Of a stretch of 64,000 bases of DNA, positions 1 to 10,355 are shown in pieces. Every line of letters begins with the position of its first letter. Position 1 is the stretch's first letter. The stretch is from Promethearchaeota archaeon (lineage in GTDB: Archaea > Asgardarchaeota > Lokiarchaeia > Sigyniarchaeales > SOKP01), in contig JBHLNF010000008.1 in NCBI GenBank assembly GCA_048937405.1, forward strand, positions 1 to 64,000, read 5' to 3'. The position numbers and the translations under genes are program-made. Below the pieces are notes generated by a model. The model saw only the letters and a program-made list of their open reading frames with translations, did not search any database and was not told the DNA's origin.

Positions 1-98
1 AATATTACTGTAATTCAGAGAATTATTTTTGCTTTTCGAAAATTTTCAAGTAATAAAGAAGAAAAATTATAATTTTGATATTTGCTTTATTTTATTCT

Positions 99-761
99 TT
101 AAAATTGCTGTTTACAAAATAATAGAATATTTATGCTCATCATGATAATAGTAATCGTTATTCCGAGAGATAAAGCTAATATTATTGGATTTAATATCTC
201 AAAAAAGATAGTTGGTAAAATAATAATTGTAGATAATTGACTTCCTAAATAAACTGATAAAATTGCAGCAAGAGGTACAGATGAAACCAACACACCAAAG
301 AAAATTCCGATGGAACAGGTTATTGACATCGAAGAAATTCCAATTATTAAGGATTCAAAAGTTGTATTCAGATAATTCTCATTCAAATCACCTAAGAATG
401 CATCAATTATAAGACCAAAAATAAGAGATATTGAAATAGCAACAATCAAACATAAATATACTGCTAAATATTTCGCTAAGATTAAGCTACTTCTCTTTAC
501 AGGTCTAATTAAAAATAATTCATACACATGACGATTTTTTTCACTTACTATTGAAGTGCTTAACATTATCGCGGAAAGAGTACCCCCTATACTTGAAACA
601 ACAATAGAAACTAAAAAAGAAATTGGCATTCCTTCTAAGTTATTAGGACTAATAAATTGAATAAGGAAAGAAAGCAATGGTAATCCAAACCAGAGTACAA
701 TCATTACTTTTGATTTTGCATATCCTTTTAATTCATCAAGAAAGATTAACAATAAACTCAA
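99..761 (-). CDS. ABC-2 type transporter permease
   Basis: About 6 hydrophobic helices; IVSEKNRHVYELFLIRPVKRSSLILAKY ABC-2 permease motif; start overlaps the stop of the ATPase gene. Confidence 0.85.
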   Translation of the reverse strand: MSLLLIFLDELKGYAKSKVMIVLWFGLPLLSFLIQFISPNNLEGMPISFLVSIVVSSIGGTLSAIMLSTSIVSEKNRHVYELFLIRPVKRSSLILAKYLAVYLCLIVAISISLIFGLIIDAFLGDLNENYLNTTFESLIIGISSMSITCSIGIFFGVLVSSVPLAAILSVYLGSQLSTIIILPTIFFEILNPIILALSLGITITIIMMSINILLFCKQQF

Positions 762-1708
762 TCGGTTTCACCTCCAACTAATTTTAGATATACTTCCTCT
801 AGACTTGGTTCTACTAAATTAAAACTACGTAATTTGCATTCCTGTTCGAATAAGCTTTTTAAAATAGAAGATATACTTATATCTATATCCACATCGGCTT
901 TTAAATGAACTAATTGCTTGTTAGATTTAATGTTTTCAACATAATCAATATAACTTAAACTATCCAAGTCTTTACAAAGAGGAGTATTTTCAGCAACAAT
1001 AATTTCTATGACATTTCCTATACGGAAATTATTTTGAAGTTCTTCTGGGCTTCCAATTGTTAAAATCTTACCTTTATTTAATATACCTATTTTATCAGCT
1101 ACATCTTGAACATCACTTAATATGTGTGATGAGAAGAAAATAGTAATATCACTTTTTCCTAGTTTTTTTATGATTCTTTTAAATTGGAATCTCATATTAG
1201 GATCTAGACCAGTTAAAGGCTCATCCAACACTAAAATCTGTGGTTCATGAAGTAAAGCTTGACCTAACCTTAACTTTTGAAGCATTCCTCCAGATAAGTG
1301 AACAACTTTTTTATATCTTACGTCAGATAAATAGGTTAATTTTAAAATCTCCTGAGTTCGTTTTTCAATTTGTTCTGAAGTAAGACCTGATAAACGTCCA
1401 AATATCTTAAATACCTGATCCACAGTTCGCCATCCTTGAAAACCAGCTTCTTGTGGATGATATCCAATTAGACTATTTAAGTTCTTCCAATTAGAAGAAT
1501 TATTTCTCCCATTAACTAAAACGTTTCCAGTAAAATCTCTTATTAATCCCACTAATATTTTGATTGAAGTTGTTTTACCTGCACCATTAGGACCAATGTA
1601 TCCAAATATTTCTCCTTTAGGGATCTTAAAAGATATATCATCTAATGCTAAATGTTCTTTATAGTTCTTAGAAACGTTTTTAAATTCTATGCAAGTGCTT
1701 TTAGTCAT
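758..1708 (-). CDS. ABC transporter ATP-binding protein
   Basis: Walker A GPNGAGKTT, signature LSGGM, Walker B LVLDEP, H-loop SSH, C-terminal SLEEVYL. Confidence 0.95.
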   Translation of the reverse strand: MTKSTCIEFKNVSKNYKEHLALDDISFKIPKGEIFGYIGPNGAGKTTSIKILVGLIRDFTGNVLVNGRNNSSNWKNLNSLIGYHPQEAGFQGWRTVDQVFKIFGRLSGLTSEQIEKRTQEILKLTYLSDVRYKKVVHLSGGMLQKLRLGQALLHEPQILVLDEPLTGLDPNMRFQFKRIIKKLGKSDITIFFSSHILSDVQDVADKIGILNKGKILTIGSPEELQNNFRIGNVIEIIVAENTPLCKDLDSLSYIDYVENIKSNKQLVHLKADVDIDISISSILKSLFEQECKLRSFNLVEPSLEEVYLKLVGGETD

Positions 1709-1825
1709 AATAAATATTTAAATTAAATATAATAGCTTAATTCAGAAACATTTTATTTAAAAGTTATGCTATTTAGCTTCTATAATTTAAATGAAAGATA
1801 TGAAGATAATAGATTTAGATTTATA

Positions 1826-2968
1826 TTATTTTCTTAAAATAGGAGGAGGTACAAACACATTCCTTATTCCTTCTAGCAATGATATTGCATTCTCTGGGCA
1901 AAAATGAGCACAGACTCCGCAACCTATACATAACTCGGTATTACATTCTGCCTTATTATTATCGTCTCCTTGAATAGCTTCTACAGGACATTTCTCCATG
2001 CATGTACCACATCCAACACATTTATTCTTATCAATATAAGATAAGAAATTAGTAGAATTTATCATAGCTGTTATTCCTTTTCTCCACCAAACAAAAAGCC
2101 CGCAACAGCATTTACAACAATTGCAAACACTTGTTTCAGGTTTAGATATATCTGAATGGGGATGTAGAGCTTTATGTATTAATCCATCTTTTTCGGCTGT
2201 TTTTATGATTGCTATTGCTTCCTCTTTGGAAATTTTTCTTCCGAATCCTTGTTCAATTACGAATCTTGCAGATTTTCCAAAAGTAAAACATGTTTCTCGA
2301 AGTTCTGTTTGTTTACATTTATTGGCTAATAAATCTTGATGATGTCTACAAAAGCAATGTCCTATTGCAATATCATCAAACTTTTTTATAATTTCTTCAA
2401 CATTTTGAGTTGTTAACACTTTCTCTTCTGGAATATCTAACTCCTTATTTATTGAAATTAGAATTTCTTCTCCATTTACATTTTTCATCAAAAATGGAAC
2501 AGTTCTATCAAAAGGTAACATTTTTTGAAATATTGGTAGAATCATATCATAATTATTTTGAATAAAATCTGCTAGTTCATCAAATAACTGCGCGAATAAA
2601 TAAGCAATTTTTTCATTCTCTTTAGAAAATTCAATTTTTTTCATAAATGTATATTCAAATACTCCAGCCATCACTAATGGCATTAACCGATATACCATGA
2701 TACCTTTTGAATTTGGTTGATTGAATATGAGTCCCAGTTTTACTAGTTTTTCTACGTGATTTAGTATCTCCTCTTCAGACATTTTGCTGCTTATTTTTAG
2801 TTGATCCATAGTTTGAGATGATTTTCTTCTAAAAGACAATATAAAATCTAATTGATCTTTACCAATTATCAATTTCAATAATTCAATCATAGTATTATTA
2901 ATAGGAAATGGAAATATTCCTGCGTTTACTATCGTTTTTGCCGCTTTCCTATATTTTTCATCTAACAT
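1826..2968 (-). CDS. 4Fe-4S dicluster ferredoxin-domain protein with N-terminal winged-helix-like region
   Basis: Two CxxCxxCxxxCP motifs at the C-terminus; CFCR and CNCCKCCC Cys clusters. Confidence 0.85.
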   Translation of the reverse strand: MLDEKYRKAAKTIVNAGIFPFPINNTMIELLKLIIGKDQLDFILSFRRKSSQTMDQLKISSKMSEEEILNHVEKLVKLGLIFNQPNSKGIMVYRLMPLVMAGVFEYTFMKKIEFSKENEKIAYLFAQLFDELADFIQNNYDMILPIFQKMLPFDRTVPFLMKNVNGEEILISINKELDIPEEKVLTTQNVEEIIKKFDDIAIGHCFCRHHQDLLANKCKQTELRETCFTFGKSARFVIEQGFGRKISKEEAIAIIKTAEKDGLIHKALHPHSDISKPETSVCNCCKCCCGLFVWWRKGITAMINSTNFLSYIDKNKCVGCGTCMEKCPVEAIQGDDNNKAECNTELCIGCGVCAHFCPENAISLLEGIRNVFVPPPILRK

Positions 2969-3116
2969 ATTTCAAATTTATTAAATTATTTTTAAATATA
3001 ATCAAATCTAAGAATATTTAATAAGATTTTATTATGAAAAAAATTTATCATAATGATTTTTTCCATAATTTTTATTGAATTTATTTACAAAATTTAAAGA
3101 AAAATGGAGAAAGATA

Positions 3117-4847
3117 ATGGAATGTAGAACCTATCCAGAATTTAGTACTCGCTATCCCCTACTTCTCACAACCTTTATGAAAAGACCAGTAAAAGTCTAT
3201 CCAAATGAGGTAGGCGTAGTTTATCGAAACCATGTCACGGGTGAATATAAACGTTTCACATGGATTGAGTGGTATAAGCGTACTTGTCGTTTAGCTAATG
3301 TTTTGAATTCTCTTGGTATAAAACCTGGAAAACCAGGTGAACCAGGTGAAAGAGTTGCAACTATGGCTCTAAATACACACAGACACCTAGAACTTTATTA
3401 TGCTGTACCTTGTAGTGGAGCAGTACTCCATCCTATCAATATGAGGCTTGCCTTGGATCATATCGTCTATACTATAAATCATGCAGAGGATAAAGTTATA
3501 TTCTTTGATGATCTACTGCTACCCATGGTTGAAAGCATCTACGATAAAATAAAAAATACTGTAAAGAAGTTTGTATACATGTCAGATAAACCAGGACTGC
3601 CTGACACAAAAATAGAAAATCTTTATGAATATGAGCTATTACTTAAACAGGAATCTGAAAAATTTGAATGGCCTTATTTAAATGAGGATAACTATGCTAC
3701 TCTCTGTTATACTACAGGCACTACAGGGCTTCCAAAAGGTGTTATGTTCACTCACAGAGCGCTTTACCTCCAAAGTTTGCATTTAATAGCTCAAGCTAGT
3801 ATAGTTAATGATCCTTCATATGTACATCTTGGTGAGAATGTTATTACTATGATAATTACTCCCCTGTTTCACATCCATGCGTGGGGTGCACCTTTTCATT
3901 ATGTTTTTATGGGAGTAAAAATAGTGTTACCAGGCACATTTACAGTTGAAGGGTTCTGCGAACTAGTTCAAACTGAAAAAGTAACAAGTGTGTCAGTAGT
4001 ACCGACAATTCTTGCTCTCCTTCTTGAGTATAAAGATTTGGATAAATATAATTTAAGTAGCCTTAAAGCGGTTGGCGTGGGTGGAGGTGCTTTACCTCTA
4101 GGATTAAAAACTAAAGTTGAGAATAAAATTCCTGGATTTACTGCAAATTCAGGATATGGTATGACTGAAACAGCCCCAGTTACCATAAGAGCTTTTGTCA
4201 AGAAATACATGACAGACTGGTCAAAAGAAGAACTTGATGCTGTAAGAGTAAAGACAGGAATATCAATTCCTGGGCTTGAAGTAGAAGTTGTTGATGAAGA
4301 TGGAAAACCAATCCCTCATGATAATAAATCTATAGGGCAAATCGTTATCCGTGGTCCCTGGGTAATGGAAAACTATTTTAAAAATCCTGAAAAGACTGCT
4401 CAAGTATGGTATGATGGATGGTTCCATACTGGGGATTTGGCAAAAGTTGATGAAGAAGATTTCGTAGTAATCGCTGATAGGATGTCAGATATCATTAGAA
4501 GCGGATCAGAAATGGTTCCTACGGTACTCCTTGAAAATCTAGCTGCAATGGCTGATTTTGTACTCGAAGCTACTGTTGTAGGAGTTCCAGATGAAATTTG
4601 GGGGGAAACAGCGATGGCTATAGTAAAACTTGTTTCTGGATCCGATAAAAATGAACAGGATCTAATAGATTTTTTAACAGTCGAAGGTGTAGATAAGGGA
4701 AAAATTACTAAATGGATGCTTCCAAAACTCATAGCTATTGTTGATGAAATACCCAGAACAAGTGTAGGGAAATTTAATAAAATAGAAATTAGAAAAAATC
4801 TGGACAAGTTCTTAGAAAAGGCTAAGGATATGAAAAATAGTGAATAA
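3117..4847 (+). CDS. Fatty-acid--CoA ligase (AMP-binding, AlkK/LC-FACS-like), copy 1
   Basis: YTTGTTGLPKG, GYGMTET, WFHTGD and PRTSVGK motifs; ATG 3117 preferred over TTG 3075 because of an upstream GGAG and alignment with copy 2. Confidence 0.92.
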   Translation: MECRTYPEFSTRYPLLLTTFMKRPVKVYPNEVGVVYRNHVTGEYKRFTWIEWYKRTCRLANVLNSLGIKPGKPGEPGERVATMALNTHRHLELYYAVPCSGAVLHPINMRLALDHIVYTINHAEDKVIFFDDLLLPMVESIYDKIKNTVKKFVYMSDKPGLPDTKIENLYEYELLLKQESEKFEWPYLNEDNYATLCYTTGTTGLPKGVMFTHRALYLQSLHLIAQASIVNDPSYVHLGENVITMIITPLFHIHAWGAPFHYVFMGVKIVLPGTFTVEGFCELVQTEKVTSVSVVPTILALLLEYKDLDKYNLSSLKAVGVGGGALPLGLKTKVENKIPGFTANSGYGMTETAPVTIRAFVKKYMTDWSKEELDAVRVKTGISIPGLEVEVVDEDGKPIPHDNKSIGQIVIRGPWVMENYFKNPEKTAQVWYDGWFHTGDLAKVDEEDFVVIADRMSDIIRSGSEMVPTVLLENLAAMADFVLEATVVGVPDEIWGETAMAIVKLVSGSDKNEQDLIDFLTVEGVDKGKITKWMLPKLIAIVDEIPRTSVGKFNKIEIRKNLDKFLEKAKDMKNSE

Positions 4848-5082
4848 TTTACTCAAAATCAGTAATAGTATAGGAATTTTTCAGAATCCATAATTTTTTA
4901 CTGTATAAAAAAATTTTTTTTATTCGAAAATTTTGAAGAATTGAGAATGTGTTCACTTATTTAAAATATTTAAATGATAACGATTAACATAAAAATAATA
5001 CTGATTTTTTAATCCAAGTCATAAATCTTGAAAATGTAAATAATAATATTACGAGAAAAAAATATTAAATTTGTGATGAATT

Positions 5083-6810
5083 ATGGCAAACACAACGTAT
5101 CCTGAATATAGTTCTCATTACCCACTCCTCCTTACGACTTTTATGAAAAGACCAGTGAAGATTTATCCAAATGAAATCGGTGTAGTTTACAGAAACCATG
5201 TTACTGGGCAATATTTTAGGTTTACTTGGATAGAATGGTATAAACGTACGTGCTGTTTGGCAAATGCTTTAAAAACTTTAAAAATTAATCCAGGGGTACC
5301 TGGTAAACCTGGAGATAGAGTAGCAACTATGGCGCTCAACACCCATAGGCATTTGGAGATTTATTATGCAGCCCCTTGTAGTGGAGCTATGTTGCATCCA
5401 ATCAATATAAGGCTTTCCCCAGAGCATATCGTTTATACAATAAATCATGCAGAGGATAAAATTATTTTTTTTGATGATTTACTTCTTCACCTTGTAGAAG
5501 GTATCTATGATCATATAAAAGACACTGTAAAAATGTTTGTATATATGTCTGATAAACCCGGATTGCCTGATACTAAGATAGAAAATCTCTATGAGTATGA
5601 AGAGTTGCTTAAAGCTGAATCTGATGAATATACGTGGCCTCATTTAAGCGAGGATAACTATGCTACTCTTTGTTACACTACTGGAACAACGGGGTTACCA
5701 AAAGGGGCTATGTTCACCCACAGAGCTATTTATTTGTTATGTATACACACATTAGCCTATACTAATTTTAGTAACGATCCCTCACGCGTTTTTCTAGGTG
5801 AGAATACGATTCCTATGATAGTCACACCTTTATTTCATATTCATGGGTGGGGGGCACCTTTTTATGATGTTTTTATGGGAGTAAAAATAGTGTTACCAGG
5901 CACATTTACGGTTGAAGGGTTCTGCGAACTAGTTCAAACTGAAAAAGTAACTAGTGTAGGTGTGGTTCCAACTATATTAGCTTTACTTCTTGAGTATAAA
6001 GATTTGAACAAATATGATTTGAGTAGCCTTATAAGGGTTGGCGTGGGGGGAGGTGCTTTACCACTAGGATTAAAGACTAAAGTTGAGAAAAAACTACCTG
6101 GATTTACAGCAATTTCAGGATATGGAATGACTGAGACTGCTCCTACGACAATTACAGCATTTGTAAAAAAATATATGAGCAATTGGCCTAAGGAGAAATT
6201 AGATGAAGTAAGAGTAAAAACAGGTCTACCTTATCCTGGATTAGATATTGAAGTTGTAGATGAAAATGGAAAACCAATTCCTCATGATAATAGTACTATT
6301 GGAGAGATAATCATTCGTGGTCCCTGGGTAATGGAGAAATACTATAAAAATCCCGAAAAGACTGCTGAGGTATGGTATGATGGATGGTTTCATACAGGAG
6401 ATATGGCACAAATTGATGAGGAAGATTTTATAATCATTGCAGATAGGATATCAGATATCATTAGAAGCGGAGCAGAAATGGTTCCTACAGTACTCCTTGA
6501 AAATCTAGCCGCTATGGCCGAATTTGTGCTTGAGGCTACCGTTGTAGGAGTTCCAGATAAGATTTGGGGAGAAAAAGCCCTTGCAATCATAAAGCTTCTA
6601 CCTGGTTCTAACAAAAAGGAAGAGGATCTGATTGAATTCTTAAGGATTGAGGGTGTAGAGAAAGGTAAGATAACTAAATGGATGCTTCCTAAACTAGTGG
6701 CAATAGTTGATGAAATACCCAAGACAAGTGTAGGAAAATATAATAAAAGGGAGATTAGGAAGAATTTGGTGGAATATTTAGCTAAGGCTAAAGATATGAA
6801 AAAAGATTAA
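5083..6810 (+). CDS. Fatty-acid--CoA ligase (AMP-binding), copy 2, tandem paralogue
   Basis: Same adenylation motifs; colinear with and highly similar to copy 1. Confidence 0.92.
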   Translation: MANTTYPEYSSHYPLLLTTFMKRPVKIYPNEIGVVYRNHVTGQYFRFTWIEWYKRTCCLANALKTLKINPGVPGKPGDRVATMALNTHRHLEIYYAAPCSGAMLHPINIRLSPEHIVYTINHAEDKIIFFDDLLLHLVEGIYDHIKDTVKMFVYMSDKPGLPDTKIENLYEYEELLKAESDEYTWPHLSEDNYATLCYTTGTTGLPKGAMFTHRAIYLLCIHTLAYTNFSNDPSRVFLGENTIPMIVTPLFHIHGWGAPFYDVFMGVKIVLPGTFTVEGFCELVQTEKVTSVGVVPTILALLLEYKDLNKYDLSSLIRVGVGGGALPLGLKTKVEKKLPGFTAISGYGMTETAPTTITAFVKKYMSNWPKEKLDEVRVKTGLPYPGLDIEVVDENGKPIPHDNSTIGEIIIRGPWVMEKYYKNPEKTAEVWYDGWFHTGDMAQIDEEDFIIIADRISDIIRSGAEMVPTVLLENLAAMAEFVLEATVVGVPDKIWGEKALAIIKLLPGSNKKEEDLIEFLRIEGVEKGKITKWMLPKLVAIVDEIPKTSVGKYNKREIRKNLVEYLAKAKDMKKD

Positions 6811-7015
6811 GCAACTGAAATTATTATTCCTAAATTTTAATACTTATTAAAATAAAGATTCATTTTCAGTTTTTATTGTATAGTCTAAATTTAAAATTCA
6901 ATTAAATTTTTGATCTGCTTAATTATTGATTATTGGTTAATAATTAAGATTAAAATTAATTGCTTCCCTAATTAGTTAATATTAAGAATTAAGAAATAAA
7001 ACATTTTAATACTCA

Positions 7016-8350
7016 TTGTGGTTGGATATGGTTATTAATTGTATAATTATTGGTCATGGTGCTAGAGAACATGTCATTGGTGAATCTCTTGTTAAAAATG
7101 GGGCAAATTTATTTTCTTTTATGAGTTTTAAAAATGCTGGATTAGAAGATTTAAGTAAAAAAATTAAAATTCATTCTGAAACTGATTTTAAAGAAATTAT
7201 TGATTTTTGTAATGAGAATAAAATTGATTTTGCAGTAATAGGTCCTGAGGCACCATTAGTAGTAGGCATTGTGAATGCCTTGGAAAAGGGAGGTATTCCT
7301 TGTGTGGGACCAAAAATTGAAGCTGCCCAACTGGAGGGATCTAAAATCTTTACAAGAGAATTACTTAAAAAATATAAGATAAAGTCAAATATTTGGAGTA
7401 AAAAATTTAATTCCATGGATGGGGTCACTGATTTCATAGATGAAAAAGGTGAAAATAACTTAGTTGTAAAGCCTGATGGACTAACTGGTGGTAAGGGTGT
7501 TAAAGTATATGGAGATCATCTTTTTTCTAAACAAGACATAATTGATTATTGCCAAGAATTAATAGAGCAAAAAAATCTTTTTATTCTAGAAGAAAAATGT
7601 GAAGGTGAAGAATTCACACTCCAGACGTTTGTTGATGGTAAAAATGTTAAAGGAACACCTTTAGTCCAAGATCATAAAAGAGCCTATGAAGGTGATAATG
7701 GACCAAATACGGGGGGAATGGGATCTTATTCAATGGAGGATCATCTTATGCCTTTTATCTCTCAACAAGATGTAGATGAAGCTTTAGAAGATATGAAAAA
7801 TGTTGTAGCTGCTGTAAAAACTGAAACTGGTGTTGAATATAAAGGATTTCTTTATGGACAATTTATGAAAACTGTTAAGGGTAATAAGTTAATTGAATTT
7901 AATGCCAGGATGGGTGATCCTGAAGCAATGAATGTTTTACCTCTCTTAAAAACTAATTTTGTTGATGTGTGCCAAGCGATAATTAATGGTACTCTTGATA
8001 TGCTTACAATTGAATTTGAAAAGAAAGCAACGGTTTGTAAATATTTGGCTCCTGAGGGTTATCCTTTATCTCCTAAGAGAGATGAATTAGTAAAAATAAA
8101 TACAGACAAAATTAATAAAATAGGAGCGAGTCTATATTATGCTTCAATATATAGAGAAAATGGAAATATTTATACTACTACGTCAAGAGCGATAGGAGTA
8201 TTAGGGATAGCAGATAATTTAGAAGCTGCTGAGAAAATAGCAGAAAAAGGTGTTGGTTGCGTCGAGGGTAATTTATTTCACAGAAAAGATGTTGGTACAC
8301 GAGAACTATTACAAAAACGTATTGATCATATGGATTCTCTTTTAAAATAA
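7016..8350 (+). CDS. purD: Phosphoribosylamine--glycine ligase
   Basis: GHGAREH, IGPEAPL, LEGSK, KPDGLTGGKGV, QDHKR, GPNTGGMG, EFNARMGDPE; true start may be ATG 7028. Confidence 0.97.
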   Translation: MWLDMVINCIIIGHGAREHVIGESLVKNGANLFSFMSFKNAGLEDLSKKIKIHSETDFKEIIDFCNENKIDFAVIGPEAPLVVGIVNALEKGGIPCVGPKIEAAQLEGSKIFTRELLKKYKIKSNIWSKKFNSMDGVTDFIDEKGENNLVVKPDGLTGGKGVKVYGDHLFSKQDIIDYCQELIEQKNLFILEEKCEGEEFTLQTFVDGKNVKGTPLVQDHKRAYEGDNGPNTGGMGSYSMEDHLMPFISQQDVDEALEDMKNVVAAVKTETGVEYKGFLYGQFMKTVKGNKLIEFNARMGDPEAMNVLPLLKTNFVDVCQAIINGTLDMLTIEFEKKATVCKYLAPEGYPLSPKRDELVKINTDKINKIGASLYYASIYRENGNIYTTTSRAIGVLGIADNLEAAEKIAEKGVGCVEGNLFHRKDVGTRELLQKRIDHMDSLLK

Positions 8351-8451
8351 AAAAAAAAAGGAAATTATTTAATAATTTTTCTATATGTTAGATTTTTATA
8401 TTCTATAATAATTAAATTCTAATATTTTTTAGAGTGATTTAAACTAGAAAT

Positions 8452-8934
8452 ATGAATTGGCATGAAAAGAATGCAGAATTTAATGCTCTAATAAAGCAAC
8501 TTTTTCATGATAAAGATTGGCAGAAGAGAGCAGAAGCGGCTAGAAAATTAGGAATGTTAAAAGATGGAAGAGCTACAAACTTGATGTGCAGAGCATTAAG
8601 AACAGAAAAAGATCACGTGGTTATCAATAAACTTATTGAAGCATTAGGTAGAATTGGAGATGGTAGAGCTACACTTAGGATAATTGAAAAATTGAAGGAA
8701 GAAATAGAAAAAGATGAGATAGATAAATTTAGAATAATCTATATAATTGAGAGTCTAATAAAAATCAAAGATAAAAGAGCTTTATCATATCTAAGCCTTT
8801 TATTGGAATCTTCTGATGATGATATCAAAAATCTTACATTAAATGCTTTTGAGACAATAGAACCAAAATGGAAGGAAATTATTGAAAAAGAAAGAAACAA
8901 ATCAATTCAACAAATATTTAAAATAAAAGATTAA
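8452..8934 (+). CDS. HEAT/PBS-lyase-like repeat protein
   Basis: Repeated RAEAARKLG / EALGRIGDGRA / ESLIKIKDKRA helical units. Confidence 0.8.
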   Translation: MNWHEKNAEFNALIKQLFHDKDWQKRAEAARKLGMLKDGRATNLMCRALRTEKDHVVINKLIEALGRIGDGRATLRIIEKLKEEIEKDEIDKFRIIYIIESLIKIKDKRALSYLSLLLESSDDDIKNLTLNAFETIEPKWKEIIEKERNKSIQQIFKIKD

Positions 8935-9066
8935 TCTCCTATTTTTGCTATAATTAATCTCTTTATTAGTTTTTTAAATAATAAATCCTTAATAAGTAGT
9001 TTTTTAAAATTTTATACATGGTTTTATTATAAATTAATAATTATAATTCCACAGAAGGAAACTTAT

Positions 9067-10179
9067 TTGATTAGAAAACCATTTTGTTGTTGTTGGGATT
9101 TAGAAGGACCAATTAGTATTACTGATTTTGCCGCGGAACTTGCAAACAAATTAAATGAAAAATCTAAATTTAAGTTGTTAAAATTTAAAATGAACCAATT
9201 TTTTACTATGATTTCCAACTATGATGATTATTTAATTGATGCTCCAGGCGTGAAAGAATCTTTAAATATTCCAGAATATCAACCAGGAGATACTCTTAGA
9301 TTGATGGCCCCTTTATATATTTCATTTTTTAATGAAAGTGAGATGGTAGATTTCGCAAAAAAAAAAATAGGGCTACTCCCGGGTTGCAAGGAATTAATGA
9401 AAATTATAACTGATGACTGGAATATTTTTATAATTTCCACAAGTTATTCTCAATTTGCTTATACCATTGCTGAAGAATTAAATATTCCAAAAGATCATGT
9501 CTATTGTACAAAATTAAACATCAGTCAATTAAAAGAAGGATTGATAGACATTAATAATAACATAGATATATTATTACAAGATATATTCAAGAAGTATCTT
9601 TCCAATAGTTCAAATCTCAAGTTTGTTATTGAGGATTTAAATAGATTCTTCTGGAAAAATCAACAATCGGATTATATAGCGGTTATGAATGAAATAAAAG
9701 TTATTGGAGGAAAAAGAAAGGAATCTGCTATTGAGGATATATCTAAACAATCTAAAATTCCAATTTCTGAAATAATTGCTTTAGGAGATTCTATTACTGA
9801 TATAAATATGCTTGAAAGAGTAAAAAATGAAGGAGGAATTGCTATTTCCTTCAACGGAAATAAATTTACAATACCTAGAGCTAATGTTGCTGTTACAACT
9901 TCAAATAGTCTAGGACTATTACCTATTTTTCGGCAAAAACAAAATATCAAAGATTTTTTAACTAAATGGGAAGCTTACTTTAAAGATTTTAAAAGCGATA
10001 AAAAGAAAATTAACGATACTTTAATATCAAAAGAAACTAAAAAAATCTTTTTAAAATATAATTTCCTTCCTGAAATTTATGATTTGACTAATAAATCGGA
10101 AGATCAACTTAATAAAATAATTCTAAGTCAAGAAAAGATGCGAAAATCGGTTAGAGGATGGGCAGGAAATCTAGGCTAA
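9067..10179 (+). CDS. HAD-superfamily hydrolase (archaeal EhaR-like family)
   Basis: N-terminal DLEGP, ISTSY, GGKRK, GDSITD and SFNGN motifs. Confidence 0.75.
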   Translation: MIRKPFCCCWDLEGPISITDFAAELANKLNEKSKFKLLKFKMNQFFTMISNYDDYLIDAPGVKESLNIPEYQPGDTLRLMAPLYISFFNESEMVDFAKKKIGLLPGCKELMKIITDDWNIFIISTSYSQFAYTIAEELNIPKDHVYCTKLNISQLKEGLIDINNNIDILLQDIFKKYLSNSSNLKFVIEDLNRFFWKNQQSDYIAVMNEIKVIGGKRKESAIEDISKQSKIPISEIIALGDSITDINMLERVKNEGGIAISFNGNKFTIPRANVAVTTSNSLGLLPIFRQKQNIKDFLTKWEAYFKDFKSDKKKINDTLISKETKKIFLKYNFLPEIYDLTNKSEDQLNKIILSQEKMRKSVRGWAGNLG

Positions 10180-10355
10180 ATTATTTTTTTAAAATTACTA
10201 TTTACTACTATATCTTTAGGATATTGTCTCGTACAAAGGCTTTATAAGTAAAAAATATATTTTAAATCAAACATTTTTAATATGAGAAATAATGGGTTTC
10301 TCTAATACTTGTATATTATGTAAATCTAAAAAGATAAAAATGGTAATTTAGAATA

